The notes under the pieces were generated by a model. The model was given only the letters and a program-made list of their open reading frames with translations. It searched no databases and had not been told where the DNA came from. Made by a program: the position numbers and the translations under genes. A stretch of 63,014 nt of DNA from Bacilli bacterium. Lineage in GTDB: Bacteria; Bacillota_I; Bacilli_A; RFN20; CAG-826. Location: positions 1 through 63,014 of the forward strand of contig JAFSMX010000018.1 of NCBI GenBank assembly GCA_017447725.1. Direction: 5' to 3'. This document shows, piece after piece, positions 62,910-63,014 of this stretch; the first letter of the stretch is position 1, and each line of letters opens with the position of its first letter.

Positions 62910-63014
62910 TCCAGGTAAAATGTTGTTATGTTTCTTGGATTAACGGCTAAGCCTAAGTGGTTGCGAGCAGGCATGCTTGTTTCCAGCGAAAAACAACGCT
63001 CTGTTTTTAGAGAC

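Overview
AT-rich 63-kb window, nearly all genes on the minus strand. It looks like a monoderm or wall-less Bacillota/Mollicutes-like organism: many lipobox lipoproteins, surface proteins anchored by a C-terminal TM helix with no LPXTG, a GT4 glycolipid-type transferase, and TGA used as a stop. No rRNA, tRNA, CRISPR array or prophage was recognised.

Layout:
(i) 1-8.3 kb, accessory islet: ISL3 IS end, 1265-aa Ig-like surface protein with a 630-bp structured leader, MqsR/MqsA-like toxin-antitoxin pair, an XRE regulator with promoter-embedded direct repeats, and an AAA+/DUF4143-type ATPase with a PD-(D/E)xK-like tail behind a 10-bp tandem repeat.
(ii) 8.3-35.8 kb, a very large glycan-utilisation locus. 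It is best explained as uptake and phosphorolysis of acetylated beta-mannan/glucomannan. Contents: two GH130 phosphorylases, a clan GH-A hydrolase lipoprotein, five esterase-type genes, an SBP plus two permeases plus an unusually long MsmK-like ATPase, LacI, two giant binding-type lipoproteins, then ManA, phosphohexomutase, ROK kinase and NUDIX.
(iii) 36-49.6 kb, mixed: a DUF2779-type Cas4/RecB-like Fe-S nuclease fused to a DEDDy-like exonuclease module, CobB sirtuin, nucleobase permease, a DUF3990 (H-Y-E ART-like) gene with an HTH partner, UPF0371, an orphan AbiEi, aquaporin, GT4, a frameshifted LRR gene, and an AbiE module with a frameshifted toxin.
(iv) 49.6-62.4 kb: rlmD, a MacB-like ABC with an apparently leaderless start, and a four-gene operon coding for a 900-aa lipoprotein, a 164-aa anchored protein, a 578-aa polytopic permease and a YwaF/TMEM164-like membrane domain fused in frame to an ABC ATPase. 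Then yloV.
(v) 62.5-63.0 kb: two near-identical tandem sigma-A-type promoters with a boxA-like element.

Best candidates for an undescribed system, all inferred from sequence only:
- the YwaF-ABC/permease/lipoprotein operon (53.4-60.7 kb);
- the DUF3990-HTH two-gene module (40.4-41.7 kb);
- the standalone DUF2779 dual-nuclease gene (36.0-38.1 kb);
- the ATPase-nuclease/XRE/MqsRA islet (4.8-8.3 kb).

Family names are from my reading of motifs in the translations. No database search was run.
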